DNA of 64,000 nucleotides from Eledone cirrhosa. Taxonomy: Eukaryota. Shown piece after piece: positions 52,401-63,555 of this stretch. The position numbers and the translations under genes were made by a program. The stretch's first letter is position 1, and each line of letters starts with the position of its first letter. The notes under the pieces are model-generated. The model saw only the letters and a program-made list of their open reading frames with translations. It was not told the DNA's origin and made no database searches. The stretch spans positions 41,416,001 through 41,480,000 of the forward strand of contig OZ024747.1 of the NCBI GenBank assembly GCA_964016885.1, in the 5' to 3' direction.

Positions 52401-52973
52401 CGGTTTGCCCAGGTCCAGGTTGGCGCAGTTGGACAATCTAGTCGAAATCTATCGACCAGGTCGAATCGATCGAGTAACCCCTTGAGGCTGCTACACCCCC
52501 CTCTATCGGGACATGCCCCTGCATAGTCCCAACGCGCATCTAGGATTCCATTCCAGTCCCCCACTAAAAGCAGGGAACGCGACGTTCCTAGAAAAGTCTC
52601 CAGACGCTGGAAGAAGTCGGCTCTTTCAGCCCCGAAGGGGGCATAAAGACCGACCAGTCTGAAAGCCCCGCCTTCACCGCCTCCGACGTCCAGCACCAGT
52701 ATTCGACCCCCCGGGTCCGAGTGAACAATCTGTACGTCGAGAGCCAGACGTTTATCCAGCAGTACGGCAACTCCCCCCCCCCCCGCCTCCGGGTTGACAG
52801 AGAGATGCGTGCATCTCAAAGTCATCGAAGGCGGGCGCCAGCTGTCGCACGCTGCTGATCCGACTCTCGCAAACAACCATCACATCTATACTTCGTGACC
52901 TGAGGTCACTTAGTAGCTTTGCTTGCTTCCAAGCTGAGCCCAGGCCACGCGCGTTCAAACAGCCAACTCTCAA
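49413..52973 (-). pseudogene. LINE ORF2: APE endonuclease, RT and zinc-binding domain (2 frameshifts)
   Basis: LNARGL, CES, GDWN, LDRFL, SDH; SPGLDG, FRPVTLLN, DQSKAFD, QGCPLS, YADD; CPRC..H..C; frameshifts near 52780 and 51358. Confidence 0.92.
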
Positions 52974-52978
52974 TTGAT

Positions 52979-54730
52979 CTATTTTGGTGTTGAAAGTGAA
53001 GAAAGAAAAGCACTTACCTCTCCGGGTTGTGTAATTTCCATGGCGTCAGGTGTGTTGGGTGGAGGGATGTTTTGTGGTGGTGTGGGGGTGCCCGAGTGTG
53101 GTTGGGTTGGGGTGTTTGGAGTTGTGTCAGGGAGAGGGGAGGTTATGGGGAAATCTTTCAAGAGGACGCCATTTAACGGTTTTAAACAGGGGGGGGCTCA
53201 CATCCTGTCTAAATTGTTCTTTTAAGGAACGATAAAGGTCCAGAGGGACCTTTATCATTTTTAAATGGGTGAAGTTCTCTGTTGAGATAAAGTTTGGCCC
53301 TTCGGTCTGCACCAAAGGGCTATTGTTTATTAATTTAAACAGTTTTTTGTTTTCTTTATTTATATATGTGTATTGCAATGTCTTTTTTTGTGATGCTGTC
53401 AATGTTTCGGAGAGGGGAGGCGCAGATTTATTTTTGTTTGTTGAGGGTGGGGTGTTTTTTATTGGAGTTGGTGTTTGTGTGTGGGTTATTTGTGGTGTGC
53501 TGGGTGTGTGCTTTCTTTTTTTTCTTTTAACTTGTCTGAAGGCTTCTCCTCCTTCTTCTTCAGAAGTTGGGGGAAACTCTTCAGCGCTAGGTGGGAGGGA
53601 CGTCGTGTCTGGTTTTTTTTTTTGCGGGAGGGGTAAATTTGTTGCTGTTTTTTTTATTATTTGTTTGGAATGCGTTTTGTGGTGGTGGTGGTGCTGTTTG
53701 TGTCGTGCTTGTGGTTGGTAATGGTGGTGGTGATGTGCTTGGTGGTGTTTGTATTTTGTTTGCTGTGTGTGGTATTAGTGTATTTTTGGAGGTGGGTGGT
53801 GTTGGTGTACTGTTTGTGGTGGGTGTGGGCAATAGTCCTTTTTGGGGGGACACGTTTCGGGCAGTTAGCCTTAATGTGTCCCCTTTCCATGCATAAATAG
53901 CATGCTGGTCTTCTCCCCTCTACAATTATATCTATTGGGGTGAGCTCATCCAGCCAGATGCGATCCGGGATTTGTGCTATTCTTTCGGGCCTCATTTGGA
54001 CTAGTAGGTCGAGGCCCATTCCCAGGAACGCATCTCCGGATGCCTTCCCCATTGACAGCACTGTGTCCTCGCCCATGTCTATGAAGCCAGCAATAGCCCA
54101 CCAGAAGTCCATTGTGGGCAGCATTGTTTGTATTTTTACTCTCTGTGTTCTTCTACCCATGTAGGAGGGATAGAAGCTGTATGTTGTCGATGAGAGTGGG
54201 CTTATGGAAAGCTTCTCCGCCATTTCCTTGTCTTTTGTTAGGACCGATATGCTGCCATAGAGTCGGTCCTTTCGTATGAAGAGAATATTCTTCATATAGT
54301 CTTTTAGGACCAACTCTATCTCCATTTGGCTGGGCTGTGCTGGCTTTCTTGTTTCGTTTAGGATTGTTCTGAAGAGAACTGTGTTCTCTGTTCTCGCTTT
54401 CTTGAATTCTGGGGGGGAGTTAATGGAAAACATTCCATTCTCCCCCAAAACAATGTGTTTCTTTGCTTCGGCCAGTTTTTCTCTGGCGGCCGTTAGGTCA
54501 ATTGGTGTGTATGTAATGGATTGTTTTGTTTTCTGGGCGAAAGTTGCCCTGTTGTTATTTGTATTATTTTCTGTTTGTTTGTTTTCCGTTTGCTCATTTT
54601 CCTTAACATTTGTTTTTTCATTTTCTTTGTTTGTTTCGTTGTCTAATTTTGTTGTAATTATTTTTTGTTCTTCAGACTTGGGGGGCGTGGCAGAGCTAAT
54701 GGCAGACATGTCTGCCATCTTTTCCGCCAT
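52979..54730 (-). pseudogene. LINE ORF1 gag-like protein with CCHC zinc knuckle (frameshifts in homopolymers)
   Basis: VEGRRPACYLCMERGHIKANCP (CX2CX4HX4C); P/T-rich tail; first ATG at 54730. Confidence 0.85.
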
Positions 54731-55204
54731 GCTGCCAAGAACGAAATTTTTCGGCAAAATTAGATATTTATTTTACCCCCTAAAAAGGGGGTAAATGCAA
54801 AAATGTTTCCCTAAATAACAGGGGTTAGGTTCCAAATGTGTTGCACTGAAAAATTTATCCGGTACTTACAATAGTAAGGGTAAATCCCGATGGAATAGCG
54901 GAGCCGATGTGAAGCGTGTCTTACTCTATCAAGATAGATAGATAGTAAAATTATAAATGTAAAAATTGATTTATGTAAAATATCAACGAAATGTTATTTT
55001 GCATAGGCAAACAAGATTGAAGAATGAAAGTGAAATATAAAAAACAAATTTAAAAAATTATATTTTAAAGGGAATCGTCCAAGGGAGATAACTCATATAA
55101 ATATAAATAAAATGCTTTATATGGAAATTTTTTATTGAATATCTTTCGTATCGGAACATTTTCGTAAGACGTTTCGATCTAAAAGTGCTCAATATAAAAT
55201 ATTA

Positions 55205-55238
<34 letters not shown>

Positions 55239-55837
55239 TGTGTGTGCGTGAGAGACACTTTCAAAAGACACGAACCAAATAAGAACATTAGAGCTTTATG
55301 TGACAACGAAAGTGAAGTAAAACTATCGATATAGAAAATATTTCTGGCGTTAAATTGGAAACTAAAATTAATAGTACAAGAATAACTGTATTGAAAAAAA
55401 ATGCGATAATTGTGATTTGAAGAGGAATGTTTAAACTATAGAATGGGTTATACCATAAAACTTTCTTTTTGCTATTTTTACATTTATTTTATATAGTGTA
55501 TTTTGTGTCTGAAACCGCTATTTTTTAATGCATCATTAAAATAATGTGCAGCGCTGTTTTAAAGGAGGCTTATAAAAATATATGCTAGATATTTGTTTGT
55601 TAAGATTTTGTTAACAAGATTTTTTATCGATGGTGGTTACAATTTTCATGTTCTTCAATTTCTAATTTGACTCTTTAATAGTTACAGGAGCTGATTGATT
55701 TCATCTCTGGTATTTAAGAAAAAATATTCACATCAACCTTTCACATTTTCCTTCGTACAAAAAGTATCTTATGTATGATGAATGCATGACTGTTCATTAT
55801 TTTTCTGTCTCTCTGCCTATCTATCAATGTCCATGTT

Positions 55838-55914
<77 letters not shown>

Positions 55915-55919
<5 letters not shown>

Positions 55920-56625
55920 ACAGTTAGTTCACCATGCCGAGAACAATTGTTTCATCTTATGCGGATCTTCAGCTCGGATTGATAATGGTTATACAGAACA
56001 GAAAAAGGAGAAACAATCGTATGAACGCGCATGCGCAGAAACGGTCACTTTTCCCAAGCGATAAAAATCACGGTCGAAAGGTGTAAGGGAGATAACTGTG
56101 AATGTCCGGAATAAATTGTTCGAGTTGATTAGAATATTAGAATGTTGATGTTCTATATTAGAATGTTGAATGATTAAAATCCGGAGCTTTGTAGTTATGC
56201 AAGAGGTGTTTCCCTTCAATGGAAAGCTGTCACTAAGTCCAAGCCATACGCAAGGAGTGATCCGTCGTGTGGACTGTGTATTGAAGACAGAATCAATATT
56301 CTAAGGAGATTACGCAATAGCGATTGCCTAAATTCAAGAAATAAACTTTTCTCACGTTGTCCACGCGTCTGGAAACACCTTTTGTATAACTACAAAGCTC
56401 CGGATTGAATAACATCAACATTCTAATATTCTAATCAACACGAACAATTTATTCCGGACATTCGCAGTTATCTCCCTTACATCTTTCGACCGTGGATTTT
56501 TATCGCTTGGGAGAAGTGACCGTTTCTGCGCATGCGTGTTCATACGATTATTTCTCCTTTTCCTGTTCCGTATAACTATTATCAATCCGAGCTGAAGATC
56601 CGCATAAGGTGAACTAACTATTGTG
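55915..56625 (+). mobile_element. Extremely truncated Hydra-type PLE with inverted pLTR
   Basis: 55915-56212 mirrors 56371-56625; the spacer translates QWKAVTKSKPY..CGLCIED..LNSRNKLFSRCP (GIY-YIG C-terminus). Confidence 0.8.
55937..55977 (-). ncRNA. Type I hammerhead
   Basis: CCGAG-CUGAAGA-uccgcauaagau-GAAAC-AAUU-GUU-CUCGG. Confidence 0.7.
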
Positions 56626-56692
56626 TTACTACTACCAAACTCGTCTCATGGACTGAGTGCTCTACTACAGATATTACCTTCCAATGTTCTAC

Positions 56693-56733
<41 letters not shown>

Positions 56734-57169
56734 AATATAAATGGGTGTGTAGTTGCTATTTAAGGTAACTTAAAATGCAGTGGGAATACGAAAGCAAGAA
56801 CGGGGAGGGGTGGGGTGGGGGTTCCTCATCAGTTGTCTACTGGGGGTCTCGGATATTTCTACGCTTTAAAGACAAGATATCTACCGCCAAGGGTGTTCAA
56901 TAACTGGGTAAGTTATTGGGAAAACGGAAGAAGGAGGGAAGAAAAGTAGGGGAAGAAAAGAGAAGACAGTAACAAAACGGCGGAAAAAAACAACAATGCG
57001 AGCAACTATAGGTAAGGAAATCCAAGACCACTCGATAAGAGAACTTAAATTCAAGACTGAGTGGTCGAGAGGAAAGAGACACACGTCCGATCGCCGCAGT
57101 TGTAAATATATGGATTTCTTCCATAGAAGGATAGAGAACGAGAGAATGGAAGTGAGTAAGAGACACAGA

Positions 57170-57328
57170 GGAAGAATCGACCCCAGTACTCTGGTACTTT
57201 TTTATCGATCTTGAATGACTAAAAGACAAAGTTGAATTCTACGGAATTTGAACTCGGAGAGCAGAGAGCCGAAACGAATACCGCAAAGCTTTCTATCTGA
57301 CGTTTTAACGACTCCGCCAACTCGCCAC
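57170..57328 (-). mobile_element. Nin SINE
   Basis: tcgaccccagtactctggtac..ggaatttgaactc..gccaactcgcc. Confidence 0.65.
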
Positions 57329-57353
57329 TTTTCTGACATCAATACCACACCTC

Positions 57354-57479
57354 AAATAGACGAGCAATGAGGTTTTGTGAAAGTCAATTGGAAGAGCAAT
57401 GAGGTTTTGTGAGAGTCAAATAGACGAGCAATGGGGTTTTGTGAAAGTCAATTGGAAGAGAAATGAGGTTTTGTGAAAG
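57354..57479. repeat. Minisatellite, about 31-32 bp x4 (gagcaatgaggttttgtgaaagtca core)
   Basis: Direct inspection; alternating dimer structure. Confidence 0.85.
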
Positions 57480-58966
57480 CAGGCCCTTCTCAGCAGTTTT
57501 AACGACGTATAAGATAGAAATGTATTCTCATTCTGAAATCGAAGTTGGGTGGCAGAATAATCAAATCGTTGTATGTGACCTGACCTTTATTGATTTTTCT
57601 TCAATTCTGAAGCTGGTGTTAGATTCGCTCCGAAGACAAATGGAAATTACTCGGAATCCATTTTTTTTTTAACATTCTTTTCAACATAAGTAAAATAGAA
57701 ATGGCCTTAACCGGAAATCTAAATCTAATCACGTGATCGGCTCTTCATCTTAACTTCATTTTTCAAAGTTTATTTTATATTCTTAATGAAAATGAAGAAA
57801 ACAATAAAACACGCGCCCACACCTTTATGTGTGTGTGTGTGTGTGCGTGTGCGCGCGCGTGCGTGTGCACTTATAAATTCTATTGGTAAAGTAGGTTTCA
57901 ATAGTTCAAATAAAACAATGAAGACAAAAACCTCAATTGATAATTTCTTGTGTTCAGTAAATGTATTCACGAGGTTTTCCAAGATGATTATGATTAGTTA
58001 AATAATCGATTTCTTAATATCGATTCCTATCTAGATTGTTAGTATTATTTCGCAGCTGTTGTTGTTGTTAATTCTTTCGAAACTGATGTTTCTTTGTTTT
58101 GTTTTTTTGGATATTATCTATCTCTGAATGTTTATTTTCTATTTTTATTTCTTGAAATGTGGAGACAAGCTGGTCTTCAATGAGGGAGATAAAATGGCTT
58201 TCGTATGTAGATATCTATAATACAAGATTGATATCAATCATACAGGATTCTCTCGTGGAAAGATTTTTATTATTTTTATTTGTATTATATCCAGTACGTG
58301 TATTCTGTTTTATTACAAATTGTCATTTTGTACAGTTCAGAATATAGAGTTTTATTTTAATGTTTATTCTAAAAAGAACATTCACACATTCAGATGTAGA
58401 AACATACATTAGCATTCTAAGGAAAAGTCAATTCTGTTGATTGGGTGTGAACTATCTAAATTTGGATTCAAAGTTGAAAATGTGTTGAAAATAGCATCTG
58501 CGCTATGTTGTGATTAATAGCTTCTTCTAAAAGGGAAGGGTAGTGACTTGTTATTTATCATCTTGAAGGATAGTGTTTTGAGCCACAAATCTATATACAC
58601 ATTTTGCTAATAAAATTAGTAATAATGCCAAAGTATTGGGTGGTAACGGCCCCTGAGTCAACCTCTCTAGTTCTGGTGGCACGAAGTAAAAGCACCCAGT
58701 CCATGCTGTAAAGTGGTGCTGGTGATAGGAATGGTATCCAACCAGTATATTAGTAATGCCAATTGTGAGCACAAAATATTTTTTTATATAACAAAATAGC
58801 AACAGCTGGGAGTTAAAGTTGCAACGAACTGGCGTCCCATCCAGGAGAGCGTATTCTAGTTCCAGGCATATAAGCTCCTGTCTGATGAACCTCTAGAAAA
58901 ATCAAGGTTACGAAATACATTCATTCCTTTATTTCTAAGACCATTTCAATACGGTTATAAGGTACG

Positions 58967-59190
58967 TCATCATCATCATCTTTTAACGTGTTTTCCACAC
59001 TAGCATCGTGTTAGACAGGTTGTCCCTGTTTGAGGTAAGTTGGGTCATGTGACTATGTCTTGCTCGTACAGAACCGTTTCTAGCTAGACTTCTACGGCTG
59101 GATGCCCTTCCTAATACCAAACACAATTTACAGTGTGTACTGGTGTGCTTTTTGCTGTAACACCTACATGACCAATTTACAGTGTGGACT
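58967..59190 (-). mobile_element. Meta-type SINE 3' part with (TGA)n tail
   Basis: Reverse complement contains ttaggaagggcatccagccgtagaa and ..ggaaaacacgttaaaagatgatgatg. Confidence 0.6.
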
Positions 59191-59658
59191 AGGTACATGC
59201 ATTTGCAAATCAACTGGAAATTATTAGTTAACAATTAACTACACCATACATATTACCTAAAACTCGTATATCCACAGGGAATTATAAAGAACAAAAATAA
59301 GGTTTACCAACCTCACAAGGTTTCAACAACAAAAAAACAATATCAAAATAGTCAGTGTAGAGCAACAGTTAGATTCAAAAGGTATATTATGTAGATTTTA
59401 AGAAGCCGTTCAAGACTTTAGGTTGAGTTACAATTCCTATGTCATCACAATTTACTGTTGTTCTTTTGTATAGTTAGAGTGATATATGTTGCGTGACCAT
59501 TACATGGTAGACATTTATGTAATAGACGGTAGGAAGTGGGTTTATGTACTGTTTAATTATTGAAAATGTTACCATTTTTCTTTATACAGATAGAATAAAG
59601 TTTGTTATTTAAGCTGTAGGAAATGATCATAAGATGCAGTGGATAGGAATATATATAT

Positions 59659-59848
59659 ATAGGAAAATGTACGACGGCAGAGCTCAAGCCGTTTCGGCGG
59701 CTATTTCTGTCCAGAAATAGCCGTCGAAACGGCTTGAGCTCTGCCGTCGGGGTCAAACATTTTCCTATTACCCACTCTACTACCCTAAGTATTGAGTACT
59801 CTGGTGCGTTATGGTCCATCTGGTTCCTTACCACACCTCCTTCGTTAT
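59659..59848. mobile_element. Fold-back pLTR remnant (same family as 63331-63540)
   Basis: Palindrome 59659-59768; shared right flank tattacccactctactaccctaagtatt..ggtccatctggttccttacc. Confidence 0.7.
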
Positions 59849-60169
59849 ATATATATATATATAATATTATAAAGCTGAGTGTTGTGTGTATGTATTATGT
59901 ATGTATCCTACACACCTCCCTATAGTTTCTTAGCTTTACTCTCTCCGTCGTTCTTCCCTCTCTCTCTATAATAGATCATTCCTCCTCTCTATAATTAACT
60001 GCTTTACTCTGTCGCTCTTCACTCTCTAATATTATAAAGCTGAGCGTCGTCTCTCTCTCTCCCTCTTTCCACCCTCTCTATAATGTAACTGCTTTACTCT
60101 GTCTCTCTTCACTCTCTATATGACAACACTCTTACTTTCTGTATCTACCTTCAATATATCAATATATAC

Positions 60170-60430
60170 CCAGGTTCTGCTGCACGTCGAGCTGAGGGGG
60201 CCAAACTCCTCAAATACCGGTTGCTCTCCGACAGGTTGTGCGTGTCGTACCCCCTGGCAGTGGAGACTTCTCGTGTCCTCAGCCCCCAGGGCTACCTCCT
60301 TACTCACCACCATAGGCGCTGAGCTAGGCCAGCCGCAGGTGTTGAGACCCGCGAGTTGGAGTGGCTTTTCCAGCGCGTCTCCCTTGCCATCCTCCGGGGA
60401 AAACGCCTTCTCCATTCTGTCCGCCAGGGC
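60170..60430 (+). pseudogene. CRE-clade (restriction-like endonuclease) non-LTR retrotransposon C-terminal fragment
   Basis: GSAARRAEGAKLLKY..PLAVET..RELEWLFQRVSLAILRG(N)AFSIL, read across frameshifts. Confidence 0.7.
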
Positions 60431-61146
60431 TGTGGGTGGGCTCCATCGCGTACCGTTGTAGTTGTTGTATACGAGATATTAACTCATCAATCCCATTACT
60501 GTATAATCATATATCAACATAGAGATAAGCGTCGTATGTATGTTTATTTCAAAAAGATAACCTCCTTCAAATTCGGTCAACACACAAGCAGGTAATACAT
60601 ACATCAAAAGACAACCCTCTTAGAGAGACAGAGAGTGAAAGAGACAGATTAGGAAAACTACACACACATCCAAAGAGAGAGAGAGGAGAGAGAGAGACAG
60701 GGAAAGAGAAACAGAGGGACGGGCAAGCAGGTAATACATACATCTAAAATCATTATGGATACAAAATATCATAATACAATGGTTGCAGAACGAAAATACA
60801 GACAAATATAATGTATGTATTCCACACTTTTTCTGTCGTCGCTCGCATAACACACACAAATACACATACTTTCACACCTGATTTCGCCAATTGCCAGATA
60901 ACATCAAAACAAACACAGACACACACATATCTATACTATATATGTATGTATGTATGTATGTAAGATCATTCCCCCTCTCTATAATTTAACTGCTTTTACT
61001 CTGTCGCTCTTCACTCGCTATATGACAACAGTTTTAGTTTCCGTATCTCCCTTCAGAGTGATAAACAGAGAGAGAGGTGAGAGAGAGAGAAAGAGTAGGG
61101 ATAAAACTACACACACATCTATAGAGAGAGACAGAAAAACAGAGGG

Positions 61147-61346
61147 NNNNNNNNNNNNNNNNNNNNNNNNNNNNNNNNNNNNNNNNNNNNNNNNNNNNNN
61201 NNNNNNNNNNNNNNNNNNNNNNNNNNNNNNNNNNNNNNNNNNNNNNNNNNNNNNNNNNNNNNNNNNNNNNNNNNNNNNNNNNNNNNNNNNNNNNNNNNNN
61301 NNNNNNNNNNNNNNNNNNNNNNNNNNNNNNNNNNNNNNNNNNNNNN
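61147..61346. other. Assembly gap (200 N)
   Basis: N run. Confidence 1.
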
Positions 61347-61470
61347 GAGATACAATTAAAGTGTTAGTTATTCATAGAGAGAGAGAGTCGGAAGGACAAT
61401 GTGACACAGGAGGGTGTGTGGTATCTTTGCAGTGGAGTGGTGGGGGCAGGTATACCTAGCCAGGCGCCAG

Positions 61471-61514
<44 letters not shown>

Positions 61515-61560
61515 CACATTATATCTATCTATCTCTCTATGTATGTATGTATGTGTGTAT

Positions 61561-61870
61561 GTTAATCACCTGAAGTCACATGAAAGGATAACCACCTGCA
61601 ACACCACTCAACAAAGACCTGGCGAAACAAGCTTGATATGCAATAAAGTGTGTAAAATTTGTTCTGGACTAAAAAAACACACGATTGTACATAAAGATTG
61701 AGTCCCACAGGGTGATCCCCACCGGTCCTGTGGAAAACACAATTCTCTTCTGTCACCTGTGTTGTAAACCATGCAGATCTACAGCTGGCCTACAAAGTTA
61801 TCTACAAAGTCATGAACACAGATGGGATGATAACAAAGAATCAATAAGAGACAGCAATCGTCTATGAAAA
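61561..61870 (+). pseudogene. RTE-type LINE 3' fragment with tandem C2H2 zinc fingers
   Basis: NHLKSH, ICNKVCKICSGLKKHTIVH, CHLCCKPCRSTAGLQSYLQSH. Confidence 0.55.
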
Positions 61871-61904
61871 CACTGCAATCCCTCATTTGTGTATATGTGT
61901 ATAT

Positions 61905-63309
61905 ATCATCATCATCATCATCACCGTTTTACGTCTGTTCTTCCACGCTAGCATGGTGGGCAGTGTCTGGTCTGCTGACCATGCCTTGCTCATACAGGAA
62001 CTGATTTTGGCTTGATTTCTACAGCTGGATGCCCTTCCTAACACCAACCTCATTTACAGTGAGTGCTGGGTGCTTTTTCCGTGGCGCCTACACATCCACT
62101 TTACAGTGTGGGCTGGGTGCTTTTTTGCAGTGGGAGGGTGTGGGGGCATATTGTCTATATGCTTCAGCTTGTACCCATGGGAGGTCGGGTACTCTGTATT
62201 ACTGCGTGACGCCAGAAGTCACGGTCGTGTGTCATCGCCTTTGAGAGGTGTAATTGGGTAAGGTCGGCTTTTATCACCTCATCCCAGGTCTTCTTGGGTC
62301 TCCCCACTCCGCGGTTTCCATTGACTTCTAGTGCTCTGCACCTTTTTATGCAGCTGTCATCCTTCATACGCATCACATGTCCATATCAACACAACCGCCT
62401 CTCCTGCACACAGCATTTGATTCTTCTTATGCTCAGTCTCTCTCTCAATTCATTTATGCATTGCCGTTCGCGTATATTACTATTACACATCCATCGGAGC
62501 ATGCAGGCTTCGTTTCTTTCTAATCTATGTAAGTCTTCCACCTTCAGCGCCCAGGTCTCACTACCATGTAACATTGCTGTTCGGATACACGCATCATACA
62601 GTCTGCCTTTCATTTTGAGGGAGAAGCCTTTTGCAGCTAGCAGTGGCAGTAGCTCTCTGAACTTCTTCCATCCCGTTCTTACCCTAGTTATTGTACTTTC
62701 TGAACACCCACCTCCGCTGCTAATTCGGTCACCTAGGTAGCAGAAGCTGTCTACTGTTTCTACAGAGCCCTCCCAGAGATTGGTGGTACTTGTTTCCTGT
62801 GGCTGTTTGCTGCTTGCTGTCCCAGCACAGCTGCTACATGTGAAGCCTACATTCTTAATTAAGCTTCCTGAGATCCCGCTACATCTCTTGTGTACCCATT
62901 GTTTGCATTTGGGGCAGAGAATGGAGTTCCTACCTACACCTTTCCTACATACTGAGCAAGGCCATTTCCTTGAGGGGATCTGGGTTCTGTTTTCTCGTCT
63001 ACTTACAAGGACCTTAGTCTTTGTCATGTTAACTTTGAGACCCTTTCTTTCTAGTCCCTGCTTCCAAGTTTGGAATTTCTTCTCTAGTTCTACCATAGAT
63101 TCACCGGTTGTAAACTCCTCTGTTATTGCCTGCAGGACTATGATGAACAGGAGAGGGCTAAGAACAGAGCTCTGGTGGACACCAACCTGTACGCTAAATT
63201 CCTCGCTATACTCATTGCTAATCCTAACTTTGCTGACTGCTCCCCTATACATGGCTTGTACAGCTTTCACAAGCCATTCATCTACTCCTAGTTTTCTAAG
63301 AGCCCACCA
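61905..63309 (-). mobile_element. RTE LINE fragment (RT with inserted PHD-like finger) plus 3' UTR ending in (TGA)n
   Basis: GVHQSSVLSPLLF, KTK, CSVC..CPKC..H..C..C..C, YLG, LHGSETW, GRPKKTW; tcatcatca tail at 61905. Confidence 0.85.
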
Positions 63310-63330
63310 GATATATATATATATATATAT

Positions 63331-63540
63331 ATAGGAACAAGTAGGACCCCGACGGCTGAGTTCAAGCCGTTTCGACAGCTAATTCTGGACTAAAACGACG
63401 GCTGAGCTCAAGCCGTCGAAACGGCTTGAGCTCAGCTGTCGGGGTCCTACTTGTTCCTATTACCCACTCTACTACCCTAAGTATTCAGTACTTTGGTGCG
63501 TTATGGTCCATCTGGTTCCTTACCGCATTTCCTTTGTTAT
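63331..63540. mobile_element. Fold-back pLTR remnant
   Basis: Palindrome 63331-63460, homologous to 59659-59848. Confidence 0.7.
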
Positions 63541-63555
63541 ATATATATATATATT

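Larger units (their letters stand above)
49295..54932 (-). mobile_element. Near-full-length Tx1/L1-group non-LTR retrotransposon in (GATA)n
   Basis: ORF1 plus ORF2; 3' end nearly identical to the truncated sister; GATA repeats at 49231-49294 and 54933-54945. Confidence 0.92.

Noticed and set aside
47966-54794. Numerous short overlapping or antisense ORFs in the GC-rich block
   Set aside because: Shadow frames of LINE ORF1/ORF2
56780-56836. Minus-strand CTGATGA followed by a hairpin
   Set aside because: No GAAA or cleavage site after the stem
57354-57479. Regular repeats of about 31 bp resembling a CRISPR array
   Set aside because: No unique spacers, no cas genes, eukaryotic context; a simple minisatellite
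58878-58920. CTGATGA..GAAA hammerhead-like string
   Set aside because: Lies in a SINE tail (taagctcc..ctgatga); no closing stem I or III
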